Below are positions 37,254-46,360 of a stretch of DNA of 64,000 nucleotides, piece after piece. The stretch's first letter is position 1, and every line of letters starts with the position of its first letter. Source of the DNA: an uncultured Bacillota bacterium (lineage in GTDB: Bacteria > Bacillota > Clostridia > Christensenellales > UBA1242); contig CAMRTM010000002.1 of the NCBI GenBank assembly GCA_947053645.1, positions 41 to 64,040 on the forward strand. Reading direction: 5' to 3'. The translations under genes and the position numbers were made by a program. The notes beneath the pieces were generated by a model. That model did not search any database. It saw only the letters and a program-made list of their open reading frames with translations, and was not told where the DNA came from.

Positions 37254-38768
37254 ATGGCATTCGAATCAAATAATTTTAATGTGGTAAAAAAGACTAAATT
37301 ACCAAAGAGCGAGCTTAGTGTTGAATGTAACATTGCTTGTCAAATGTCAAAAATCCTTACTGTTTCAACCGTGGCAACAGTGACAAACAGCGAGGTGTTA
37401 AATGGAAGCATCAATTATGCTGGCAATATTGATGTGAGAATTGTCTATATGACTGAGGATGGTGAAATTGGCAGTGTTTCTTCGGCTTGTCCTTTCACTT
37501 CTAAGTTTGAAGGAGATTATATTACAAGTGGTCAGAAGGCAATTATCAGCGTAAAAGTTATCGACAATCAAATTGAAAATGTTGGTACTGATAGCGTGCG
37601 CCTTATATGCAATGTTGAGCAATCCGGTGTTTTAATTTTAAACCAAGAGATTCATTCAATTCAGTCAAATGACCCAGAAGTCTGCACTAAGACTGAAGAA
37701 ATTGAAGTTATAAAGTTTGTTGGCGAGGCTTCAGATACAATAGAAGTAAAAAGTGAACTCCTTGTGAGAGAGCCTATCAAAAAACTTATATTGACTGAAA
37801 GTCAAGCACTTATCAAAGGTGTAGAAAGCGGAGTCAACTTTGTTTCTATTACAGGGGAGGTTGTGACTCGTCTTCTATATCTTACAGAAAATGACAAGTT
37901 TGAAACAGGTTATGTCTATGAAGGCTTCAAAGAAGAAGTCGAACTTGAAGGTGTGACAAGAGATAGTCAAGTGGAAGCCTATGCTTTTGTCAAGTGTGAC
38001 GATGTAAAAACCGAACTTGAAGAAAGCGACAAAGGGCTTAAAATTGCCATCACCGTGCCAGTGGTGTTGACAGTAAAAGCCTATGAAAACGCGAAAGTAA
38101 CTGTAGTAAAGGACTTATACAGCACATGCAACGAAATTAAGGTTTCCACAGAGTCTTTTGACATGAGCGTGGTTTGCCCTATGGAACTTGTTGAAGGAAA
38201 GATTGACGGTTCGTTGACTTTAGATGACGACAAGCCAAGAGTAGACAAAATTATGTTTGTTGGCGGAAATAATGTTGTAGTAAGCAACAGTTATATCAAA
38301 GACGGAGAAATTGTCATTGAAGGAATTGCATCTACAAGCGTAGTTTATCTTAATGATGAGCTAGGCAACTTGAATAGCGTACAGATTGATGTACCATTTG
38401 TAATCACAGATAAATTCAATCATGAAAACATTGAGGGCATTTTAAATGTTGATGCAGTGGTATGCGATGTCGATGTTGTTGTCAAGAAGGGCAGAGAGTT
38501 CTATTACGATGCTAAAATTAAAGCCACAGTTAATTACTGCCATCCAGAAGTGTCGGGGGTAATTACAAATGCTGAAGAACTTGAAGCATACCCAGAAAAG
38601 GATTATGGCATGGAACTAATTTTTGCTCATGCTAATCAAGACGCTTGGGAGATTGCAAAAGAAGCGCATATTCGTGAAGAACAATTAATCTTACAAAATC
38701 CCGAAATTTTATTCCCATTACAAGAAGATAAAAACCTTGTTCTGTTTTACCAAAAACAGGCAAACTAA
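37254..38768 (+). CDS. DUF3794 repeat protein with a degenerate C-terminal LysM-like segment (SipL/SpoVID-like spore morphogenetic protein candidate)
   Basis: ATG at 37254 after RBS gaggggg. Repeated beta-rich modules typical of DUF3794. C-terminus ELIFAHANQDAWEIAKEAHIREEQLILQNPEI...LVLF resembles LysM. Confidence 0.5.
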   Translation: MAFESNNFNVVKKTKLPKSELSVECNIACQMSKILTVSTVATVTNSEVLNGSINYAGNIDVRIVYMTEDGEIGSVSSACPFTSKFEGDYITSGQKAIISVKVIDNQIENVGTDSVRLICNVEQSGVLILNQEIHSIQSNDPEVCTKTEEIEVIKFVGEASDTIEVKSELLVREPIKKLILTESQALIKGVESGVNFVSITGEVVTRLLYLTENDKFETGYVYEGFKEEVELEGVTRDSQVEAYAFVKCDDVKTELEESDKGLKIAITVPVVLTVKAYENAKVTVVKDLYSTCNEIKVSTESFDMSVVCPMELVEGKIDGSLTLDDDKPRVDKIMFVGGNNVVVSNSYIKDGEIVIEGIASTSVVYLNDELGNLNSVQIDVPFVITDKFNHENIEGILNVDAVVCDVDVVVKKGREFYYDAKIKATVNYCHPEVSGVITNAEELEAYPEKDYGMELIFAHANQDAWEIAKEAHIREEQLILQNPEILFPLQEDKNLVLFYQKQAN

Positions 38769-38774
38769 AAAAAT

Positions 38775-38796
38775 CGCACTTAATGTGCGTTTTTTT
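38775..38796 (+). terminator. Rho-independent terminator
   Basis: cgcac / gtgcg stem followed by T7. Confidence 0.6.
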
Positions 38797-38886
38797 AACT
38801 AAATAAATGATAAATTCAAAAAAATGGAAAATATACTTGACTCCCTCCAGTATGATATAATAATCTTGAAACAAAAGGAGATACTT

Positions 38887-39624
38887 ATGAAGATTAAAAC
38901 AGCAAAAATTTTAAGCGCTTTATCATTTCTAGTTTTTGTTATTGCTCTTCCACTTGTTTGTACTTTTATTCCTTATCAAGAACCTATCATCGTGGACGAA
39001 TGTTTTGTAGCACCTTATGGAGAATCCAGTGCTATTGTGTATGGTGAATTATATAATCCTACTATTGTGAAAGTAGAAGATTTGGAAATTACAATACAGT
39101 TTTATGATGAAAATGATGTTTTGAGGCAAACCAAAACGGTGGTAATTAAAATGGATGTCGCTTCCGGACAAACAAAAGAATTTATGGACATAGTTGAACT
39201 TAACTTTGTCTTTAATGAACAATGTGGATATGCAATTGCTGACATTGTGTATAGTTACACACAACTTTCATGGTATTTATATTTCTTGATGGGACTTTGT
39301 GTTTACCTTATAACCTATGCGCTTTTAGGTAAACAAAAATATTTCTTTGAAGTGAATGGGCAGAAGGTTGAGGTGTTTGTATCTTCGAACAAGGCTGCAA
39401 TCGTTGTGGATGGGCAAAATGTTGCCGAAACAACAGAAAGACGCAGTTACTATATGCAGTTGGAGTATAAACTTGGCGAAAGCGAAATTAAGGTTGAAGC
39501 AAGAAAACCTGTATTACTTCCTTGGCCAAAAGTGAAAATAACCGTTGACGATACAGCACCTACAATCACTGATACAAGACAACATGGATTTATTAAAATT
39601 GTAAGCAAAGATAAGAAAAATTAA
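38887..39624 (+). CDS. Hypothetical membrane protein
   Basis: ATG at 38887 after RBS aaggag. N-terminal TM segment plus a central TM pair. The ORF-track start at 38824 lies in the promoter (TGATATAAT around 38848-38856). Confidence 0.6.
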   Translation: MKIKTAKILSALSFLVFVIALPLVCTFIPYQEPIIVDECFVAPYGESSAIVYGELYNPTIVKVEDLEITIQFYDENDVLRQTKTVVIKMDVASGQTKEFMDIVELNFVFNEQCGYAIADIVYSYTQLSWYLYFLMGLCVYLITYALLGKQKYFFEVNGQKVEVFVSSNKAAIVVDGQNVAETTERRSYYMQLEYKLGESEIKVEARKPVLLPWPKVKITVDDTAPTITDTRQHGFIKIVSKDKKN

Positions 39625-39652
39625 GTTTTGCAGTAATGCAAGACTTTTTTTT
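39625..39652 (+). terminator. Rho-independent terminator
   Basis: gttttgca / tgcaagac stem followed by T8. Confidence 0.75.
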
Positions 39653-39718
39653 CGCTTAATTGACATTTTTTTTATTATACATCTTTAATTTTAGTCAAAA
39701 AACTTTTAAGAGGTTTTT

Positions 39719-40258
39719 ATGAAATACATAATATCAATTTTATCGGTGGTGGGAATTGCAGTTATATTACTTGTTTGTGGACTCTGTCCGACAGGCGGGC
39801 AGGAGGTGGAGTATCTTAGAATACATATTCGTGCCAATTCAAATTCCGAGGTTGACCAAGCGGTGAAGTATATTGTCAAAGACGCCGTGGTGGAGGCACT
39901 TATTCCAATTCTTAGTGAGATTCACACAAAAGATGAAGCGGTGAAGGCTATGGAGGAGAATTTTGATTATATAGAAAGTGTGGCAAACGCGGTATTAAAA
40001 GAAGAAGGTTTTTCTTATACTGCCCATGCAAAAATCAATAATGAATATTTTCCATTGCGCACTTATGAAAACAACAATCAGACCTTAACACTTAAAGAAG
40101 GGTATTATGATGCACTGATTTTGGAACTTGGAAGTGGTAGTGGAAATAACTGGTGGTGTGTCGTTTATCCAGCATTTTGTTTTACCGAAACCAAAAATTT
40201 CGACAATATTGTGTATATTTCTAAAATTTGGGAAATACTTAAAAGTGTAACACATTAA
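39719..40258 (+). CDS. spoIIR: Stage II sporulation protein R
   Basis: LRIHIRANSNSEVDQAVKYIVKDAV and GNNWWCVVYPAFCF motifs. Confidence 0.9.
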   Translation: MKYIISILSVVGIAVILLVCGLCPTGGQEVEYLRIHIRANSNSEVDQAVKYIVKDAVVEALIPILSEIHTKDEAVKAMEENFDYIESVANAVLKEEGFSYTAHAKINNEYFPLRTYENNNQTLTLKEGYYDALILELGSGSGNNWWCVVYPAFCFTETKNFDNIVYISKIWEILKSVTH

Positions 40259-40275
40259 ATTTTTTGGAGGTAAAA

Positions 40276-40956
40276 ATGAAAAAAATACTAATGTTAACAC
40301 TTTCAATGTTTTTCTGCTTTTCAATGGGACTTATGGCTGTGGGTTTTACATATTTTAATAGCCCCACCCCAAGCAGTGACATTGTAGAAACACTTACGAA
40401 GGCACAAAACCGTACTGTGCAAACAAAACTAAAGAAGTGGGGCTACTATAAAGGTGCGGTAGACGGCATCTATGGCGCCCAAACAAAGGCGGCAGTAAAA
40501 CTTTTTCAAAGAAAGAATGGGCTTACTGCAGATGGAATTGTAGGACCTAAAACTGCTGCAGCACTTGGTATGAGTCTTGGAGGAACTACATCTTCTACTC
40601 AGTCATCAAGCGACCTTAACTTACTTGCTAGATGTGTGCATGCTGAAGCAAGAGGGGAACCTTATGTTGGACAAGTGGCTGTTGCTGCGGTTATTCTAAA
40701 TCGTGTAAGAAGTGCTTCTTTCCCTAACACTATTTCAGGTGTTATCTATCAGCCATGGGCTTTCACATGTGTAAATGACGGACAAATCAATTACACGCCA
40801 AATGACAGTGCATATAAGGCGGCACAAGATGCACTGAATGGTTGGGACCCAAGTTATGGCTCTCTATATTACTACAATGCTAGTACAGCGACAAGCAAAT
40901 GGATTTATTCAAGAAAGACAGTGGTTACCATTGGTAAGCATGTGTTCGCAATATAG
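40276..40956 (+). CDS. sleB: Spore cortex-lytic enzyme SleB
   Basis: ATG at 40276 after RBS ggagg. Signal peptide; PG-binding repeat (GYYKGAVDGIYGAQTKAAVKLFQRKNGLTADGIVGPKT); Hydrolase_2 motif (ARCVHAEARGEPYVGQVAVAAVILNR). Confidence 0.92.
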   Translation: MKKILMLTLSMFFCFSMGLMAVGFTYFNSPTPSSDIVETLTKAQNRTVQTKLKKWGYYKGAVDGIYGAQTKAAVKLFQRKNGLTADGIVGPKTAAALGMSLGGTTSSTQSSSDLNLLARCVHAEARGEPYVGQVAVAAVILNRVRSASFPNTISGVIYQPWAFTCVNDGQINYTPNDSAYKAAQDALNGWDPSYGSLYYYNASTATSKWIYSRKTVVTIGKHVFAI

Positions 40957-40965
40957 GAGGCTATC

Positions 40966-42327
40966 ATGACAGAAAATCAAACTAAGAAACAAAATAAACG
41001 ATATAAAGGTGCTGTAATCGGTCTTTCTATCGCCACTGGTGTGCTTGCCTTAGGCACAATAGGCTTTGGTATAGCATATGGCGTCATGCAAAATGATGCT
41101 AATGAATACGGCACAAGGCTTGAAAGCATTTATCAAAAAAACTTTTATGACCTTGTTGACAGCGTAAATAATAGTGAAATAAAGTTATCAAAAATTTTAA
41201 ATTCTTCCACTTCTTCATATCAAAAGAAACTTCTTACTGAGGTTTCAAGAAATGCAACAGAAGCAGAGGTAAGTATAGCATCTCTTCCACTTTCACAAGA
41301 GGATGTTAATGATAATGTAAGAATGGTAAATCAAATGTCTGGTTATACTTCAACTCTTGCAGATAAACTTGCCAAAGGCGGAAGTTTGACAAGTGCAGAA
41401 AAAGATACCTTGCAAGATATATATGACAATATTCTTTCATTAAAGACACAACTTAATAAGTTTGCAAGAAAAATACAGCGTGGTTACAATATTTTACATA
41501 ATAGTATGGATATAGATTCAGGTGATTTCTCTACACAAATGTCACAACTCCATGATATAGATATTGAATATCCTACCATGATATATGACGGACCTTTCTC
41601 AGATTCAGTAACAAATGTTGCAATTAAAGGACTTAAAGGCGACAAGGTTACTAAGGAAAAGGCGAGCGAAGTCATCAATGCTAAGTTTAAAAATGTTGTT
41701 AGTCTAGACTATGAAGGGGAAACAAAGGGTAGGTTTGAAACCTTTAACTTTAGACTTAAAAATACCGATGAGGAAATGCTTTATGTTCAAGTATCGCAAA
41801 TAGGAGGACATATTCTTACTGTGAGCGGCACTGGCAAAAGTGGAAGTGGCAGCCTTCAACAAGAGGATGCAGAGCGTCTTGCTCTTGACTTTGCGAAAAA
41901 CAATGGTATAGAAAATCCTGAGGTTGTTTGGAAGGACAGCATTGGTGCGGACGCGTACTTTAACATTGCCCCTATTCAAAGTGGAGTAGTACTTTACCCA
42001 GACCTTGTAAAGGTGAAAATTGACCTTGACAGCGGCACAGTAGTAGGCTATGATGCAACAACATACTTTACAAACCATGTACCTCGCACATTAGGCGAGT
42101 TTAGCATAAGCCTTGATACAGTGAGAGGCAAGGTGCCAAGTTCACTTACTATAGTAGGGGAGAGAAAGGTACTTGCACCACTTGATTATAATAGAGAGAT
42201 TCTTTGCTATGAGTTTGAATGTGTAAATAGTGAAGATACATTCTACATCTATGTAAATGGAAGTACTGGCGACGAAGAAAACATCTTGAAAGTCATTAAG
42301 ACAGATGACGGAAGCAAATTATTATAA
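40966..42327 (+). CDS. ypeB: Germination protein YpeB
   Basis: 453 aa; N-terminal TM segment; YpeB-like N-domain; PepSY-like C-terminal repeats; immediately downstream of sleB. Confidence 0.88.
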   Translation: MTENQTKKQNKRYKGAVIGLSIATGVLALGTIGFGIAYGVMQNDANEYGTRLESIYQKNFYDLVDSVNNSEIKLSKILNSSTSSYQKKLLTEVSRNATEAEVSIASLPLSQEDVNDNVRMVNQMSGYTSTLADKLAKGGSLTSAEKDTLQDIYDNILSLKTQLNKFARKIQRGYNILHNSMDIDSGDFSTQMSQLHDIDIEYPTMIYDGPFSDSVTNVAIKGLKGDKVTKEKASEVINAKFKNVVSLDYEGETKGRFETFNFRLKNTDEEMLYVQVSQIGGHILTVSGTGKSGSGSLQQEDAERLALDFAKNNGIENPEVVWKDSIGADAYFNIAPIQSGVVLYPDLVKVKIDLDSGTVVGYDATTYFTNHVPRTLGEFSISLDTVRGKVPSSLTIVGERKVLAPLDYNREILCYEFECVNSEDTFYIYVNGSTGDEENILKVIKTDDGSKLL

Positions 42328-42353
42328 AAAGTGTGCTTTAAGCACACTTTTTT
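42328..42353 (+). terminator. Rho-independent terminator of sleB-ypeB
   Basis: aaagtgtgct / agcacacttt 10-bp stem plus a T tract. Confidence 0.85.
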
Positions 42354-42371
42354 AAATTTCCTCTTGCCCCG

Positions 42372-42487
42372 TGATATAATGAAAATATAAACATCTTAAG
42401 GGTATGCAATTTGAAAGCATGCTTGATGACGAAAGTGAATAATTAAATAATACAAAAAATCCACAGACGAAAGTCTGTGGTTTTTTG
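42372..42487 (+). ncRNA. Candidate orphan transcription unit (~100 nt): extended -10 box to an intrinsic terminator
   Basis: TGATATAAT at 42372-42380. Hairpin ccacagac/gtctgtgg (42461-42480) followed by T6. Only a 12-codon ORF lies inside. Confidence 0.3.
42455..42487. terminator. Bidirectional intrinsic terminator (also serves spoVG on the minus strand)
   Basis: 8-bp GC-rich stem, GAAA loop, flanked by A6 and T6. Confidence 0.85.
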
Positions 42488-42549
42488 TCAAATATAAACT
42501 TGCACGGGGTTGTTCGCGCAAAAACTAAAACAAAGTTGTGTAATCTATA

Positions 42550-42816
42550 TTATTCAGCAGATAATGCTTTATTGTAGCCTTCAAGCACTACAGTTTTAAT
42601 CATTTCTCTTGTTTCAGTATTGATAGGGTGAACAATGTCCTTATAATCTCCCTCTGGAGTTTTTCTTCTTGGCATTGAGATAAACAAGCCGTCCTGTCCA
42701 CTGATTACTTTAATATCATGAACTACAAAGCAGTCGTCGATTGTGATTGATGCCACTGCCTTTAATTTTGCGTCGTCCTTTGTTACGAGTCTTACTCTTG
42801 TGTCTGTAATTTTCAA
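42550..42816 (-). CDS. spoVG: Septation/sporulation regulator SpoVG
   Basis: [11 protein letters not shown]...[21 protein letters not shown]...FISMP. Confidence 0.95.
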   Translation of the reverse strand: MKITDTRVRLVTKDDAKLKAVASITIDDCFVVHDIKVISGQDGLFISMPRRKTPEGDYKDIVHPINTETREMIKTVVLEGYNKALSAE

Positions 42817-42965
42817 ATGTCTATACCATCCTTTTTTTTGTATTAGCCATGTAAGCCTATAAATATATTACTCTTTTTTTAGGAAAATTACAAATGATTT
42901 TAACTCTTTTTCATTTCTCTTACAATTTTAACAACACTTTTAGCGTTTTATTCATAAAAATTAAT

Positions 42966-43691
42966 ATGGTGTTTGTATATAGTGGTGTAAAAATTCATTA
43001 TTCCATTTTTGGAAATTCGGAGGGCTTTCCTTGTCTTTTACTTCATGGGTGGGGGTGCAGTGGCAAAATTTTTACTGGACTTATTAAGGAGTTTCCCTCT
43101 AAAAAATTTATAACTATCGACTTTCCTCCCTTTGGCAGGAGTCAAAAAAGGCTAAAAGACTGGAACATATTCACATATGCAACTATGGTCATGAGTTTAT
43201 GTGAACATTTGGGTATATCTAAATGCGATGTGCTAGGTCATTCCTTTGGTGGACGGGTTGCTATTCTTCTAGCATCACTTAAAAAGCCTTTAGTGCGATC
43301 CTGTGTGCTTGTAGACAGTGCAGGTTTAAAGCCAAAACGCAGGGCGGACTATTATTTTAAACTATACAGATATAAAATACTTAAAAAATTGGGGTTTTAT
43401 CTGCCTGAGGCGGGTTCTGACGATTATAAGGTTCTTTCAAAGGATATGAAAAAGATATTTGTCGCGGTGGTTAATCAGTATTTAGATGAATACTGTCCGC
43501 TTATCACAGCAAAAACGCTTATTGTCTTTGGTAAAAATGATAAAGAAACCCCTCTGTACATGGCAAAAAGATTGCATAAACTTATTAAAAATTCGCGTTT
43601 GGTTGTGCTTGAAGATGCTGGTCATTATTCATTTTTAGATAGTCCACTTGTTTTTTATAAATATTTAGCTGAATTTTGGGAGGAAACATGA
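42966..43691 (+). CDS. Alpha/beta-fold hydrolase, translationally coupled to murF
   Basis: LLLHGWG...GHSFGG nucleophile elbow...GH near the C-terminus. Start uncertain (42966 preferred; the ORF-track start is 42894). The stop overlaps the murF ATG (ATGA). Confidence 0.7.
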   Translation: MVFVYSGVKIHYSIFGNSEGFPCLLLHGWGCSGKIFTGLIKEFPSKKFITIDFPPFGRSQKRLKDWNIFTYATMVMSLCEHLGISKCDVLGHSFGGRVAILLASLKKPLVRSCVLVDSAGLKPKRRADYYFKLYRYKILKKLGFYLPEAGSDDYKVLSKDMKKIFVAVVNQYLDEYCPLITAKTLIVFGKNDKETPLYMAKRLHKLIKNSRLVVLEDAGHYSFLDSPLVFYKYLAEFWEET

Positions 43692-45106
43692 GTTTTTTAT
43701 ATGGCTTTATAATGCTTGCAATATTAGTTTTATGGGCATATGTATATATGAAAACATACCAACTTGAAGGGTATAAAATAGGTAAATTCTTTGATAAAGC
43801 CCTATCTTTTAACCTTGCAAACGGGAAAAAGAACAAACTTATTCTTACCAAGCGAATGTGGAGATATATTATAACATATATCATCTTCACATATGCACTT
43901 ATGGTGATTAATTGTCAGTTTACACCGCATTGGGCATTAATCATCTTTAACTTCCTCGTTTATTTCCTTTTGACACCAGTGTTTATGGTGATTGTTCATT
44001 ATATTATTCTTCCTATAGAAATATTAATTAAAAAATACTATATGGGAAAGGCTGCTCGTAAACTTGCAACCAAATCTTGTAAAAGAATAGGCATTACAGG
44101 TAGTTTTGGGAAAACATCTACAAAAAACATTCTTGCATCAATTTTAGAAAAAGAATTTAAGGTTTGCGTTACACCCGCAAGTTACAATACTGAAATGGGG
44201 ATTTGTAAGACAATACTAGAAAAACTGGATGATGAAGATGTATTTATTGCGGAAATGGGTGCAAGAAACAAGGGAGATATTCGTATTCTTACCGAATTTG
44301 TTAGGCCTCAGTATGCTATTCTTACGACGGTGGGCCCTATGCATCTTGAAAGTTTTAAGACTATTGAAAATATTGAACAGACTAAGTTTGAACTTCTTCA
44401 ATTTATGGATAGGGATGGCAGTGCGGTCATAAATGGTGACGGCAAAAGCAATTTAAAGTTATATAAAAAATGCAAGGTGTCTAAATTTTTAACCTGCGTT
44501 GAAGGTTCTTTCGCATGGGCGAAAGATATTAAAACAGGGAAAAATGGGAGTAGTTTTACTCTTATGATTGAAGGGCAGGAGGTGCGTTTAACTACCAGAC
44601 TTCTTGGCAAATGCAATATTGACAATATAGTCACTGCCTCCGCACTTGCTTACATTATGGGAATCACTTTAAAAGATATCAAAGATGCTGTGGCTAAACT
44701 CGAGCCTACACCTCACAGGCTTGAACTTATTAAGAATGGCAATGTAAACATAATTGATGACTCATATAACTCTAACTTAACAGGTGCATTAGAAGCACTT
44801 AATGTCCTTAAAAATTTTGAAGGGCGAAAGATAGTGATTACGCCCGGGTTTGTGGAAATGGGGGAAAAGCAAAGTGACTTAAATTTTAGGCTGGGTGCTG
44901 AGATTGCAGATATAGCAGACTATGTAATTGTAATGAACGAAACAAATAAAAATGATATTCTTTCAGGGCTTATTTCTCACAATTTTAAACAAGGAAATAT
45001 TTTCTTTGCAAATGATAGAGAGAAGCAAAAGGAATATATTGCACGCCTAAGTTCGGAAGGCTGTGTAATACTTTTTGAAAACGATTTGCCTGATAATTTT
45101 AGTTAA
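43688..45106 (+). CDS. murF: UDP-MurNAc-tripeptide--D-Ala-D-Ala ligase (MurF) with the N-terminal domain replaced by a ~125-aa multi-pass membrane region
   Basis: About 4 hydrophobic helices (aa 1-120). Then GITGSFGKTSTK P-loop, NTEMG, EMGARNKGDI, TTVGPMHLE and DDSYNSN motifs. ddl lies directly downstream. Confidence 0.8.
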   Translation: MSFLYGFIMLAILVLWAYVYMKTYQLEGYKIGKFFDKALSFNLANGKKNKLILTKRMWRYIITYIIFTYALMVINCQFTPHWALIIFNFLVYFLLTPVFMVIVHYIILPIEILIKKYYMGKAARKLATKSCKRIGITGSFGKTSTKNILASILEKEFKVCVTPASYNTEMGICKTILEKLDDEDVFIAEMGARNKGDIRILTEFVRPQYAILTTVGPMHLESFKTIENIEQTKFELLQFMDRDGSAVINGDGKSNLKLYKKCKVSKFLTCVEGSFAWAKDIKTGKNGSSFTLMIEGQEVRLTTRLLGKCNIDNIVTASALAYIMGITLKDIKDAVAKLEPTPHRLELIKNGNVNIIDDSYNSNLTGALEALNVLKNFEGRKIVITPGFVEMGEKQSDLNFRLGAEIADIADYVIVMNETNKNDILSGLISHNFKQGNIFFANDREKQKEYIARLSSEGCVILFENDLPDNFS

Positions 45107-45117
45107 AGGAGAAAAAA

Positions 45118-46239
45118 ATGAAAGATGTTTTAGCGGTTATTTTTGGTGGGAAAAGTGTAGAGCATGATATTTCAATTATTACTGGAATGCAGGTGCTTAA
45201 AAATTTAAGCAGCAGTTACAATACTCTTCCCGTATATATACATCCTGACGGGAAATGGTATATCGCAGATAATCTAGATAAAGCGGAAACCTTTTTAAAT
45301 TTTGAAAAAAATGTCATCAAGAAAAAACAGGTTACACCCGTGATTGGAAAACCCTATCTTGTAGTGGAAAGTGGTGGGAAATATAAAAAGCATATCAAGT
45401 TGGATTGTGCCCTTCTTTGCACCCATGGAAGAAACGGGGAAGACGGCACTTTACAAGGGCTTTTAGATTTATGTTTCATTCCTTATACTTCTTGCTCTAC
45501 TCTATCAAGTGCCATATGTATGGATAAGGCAATTGCAAAAAGAATTATGCGTTCCTATAAAATACCCACACCTAAATTTGTGGATTTTTATGCAAGTGAA
45601 TATAAAAAAAATAAGTTCCAAATCTTGAATAGGGTGAATAGCGACCTTACTTTTCCTCTTATTGTTAAGCCTGCTGGTCTTGGAAGCAGTGTAGGTATTA
45701 GCATATGTGAAGATATTGATTCTCTTCCTTCACATATTGAAAATGCCATAGTTTACGACGGTAAAATAATTATAGAAGAATTTATTAGTGACGCAAAAGA
45801 ATTTTGTGTTGCGGTGACAAAGATTAATGGAAGTCATCTCACTTCTAATGTCCAAGAGGTACATAAAGGAGAAATTTATACTTTTGAAGATAAGTATTTA
45901 AACAAAAAACAGGAAATTATTGCGAATATCACTCCTTCTTTTGAAAATAAACTTAAAAAATTAGCATGCACAACATACAGGGCGCTCGAGTGCGACGGCA
46001 TTGTCCGTATAGATTTCCTTTGTGACAAGGACGATAAAATTTTTGTCAATGAACTTAACACCATTCCCGGAAGCCTTGCCTTTAATTTATTTGATAGCCC
46101 ATTTAGAGATCTACTCGATATTATTATCTTAGAGGCTAAAGATAAGCTGGAAGTGAAAGAAAAAGAGGTATATAAGTTTAACAGCAAGGCTATTGAAAAC
46201 TATGTGAAAATTATGAAACAAAATAAATATTCAAAATAA
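45118..46239 (+). CDS. ddl: D-alanine--D-alanine ligase
   Basis: AVIFGGKSVEHDISI...HGRNGEDGTLQGLL...NELNTIPG. Confidence 0.93.
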   Translation: MKDVLAVIFGGKSVEHDISIITGMQVLKNLSSSYNTLPVYIHPDGKWYIADNLDKAETFLNFEKNVIKKKQVTPVIGKPYLVVESGGKYKKHIKLDCALLCTHGRNGEDGTLQGLLDLCFIPYTSCSTLSSAICMDKAIAKRIMRSYKIPTPKFVDFYASEYKKNKFQILNRVNSDLTFPLIVKPAGLGSSVGISICEDIDSLPSHIENAIVYDGKIIIEEFISDAKEFCVAVTKINGSHLTSNVQEVHKGEIYTFEDKYLNKKQEIIANITPSFENKLKKLACTTYRALECDGIVRIDFLCDKDDKIFVNELNTIPGSLAFNLFDSPFRDLLDIIILEAKDKLEVKEKEVYKFNSKAIENYVKIMKQNKYSK

Positions 46240-46360
46240 TGTATAAATATACAGTGGATGTAAATTGTCCTACTTTGTCTAAAATTATATATTTTTGTTC
46301 TCATGGTCGCATTTTGAAATTTGGAAACTACACTATTAATATAATTAAAAGGGAGGTGCT

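Noticed and set aside
42404-42442. 12-codon ORF (MQFESMLDDESE) inside the candidate small transcript.
   Set aside because: The only purine-rich stretch ends 1-2 nt before the ATG, too close for a functional RBS. It is kept only as a note within the sRNA-candidate finding.
46240-46253. Perfect palindrome tgtata-aa-tataca right after the ddl stop.
   Set aside because: It is short and purely A/T-rich, has a 2-nt loop and no T tract. It is easily explained by chance in this base composition.
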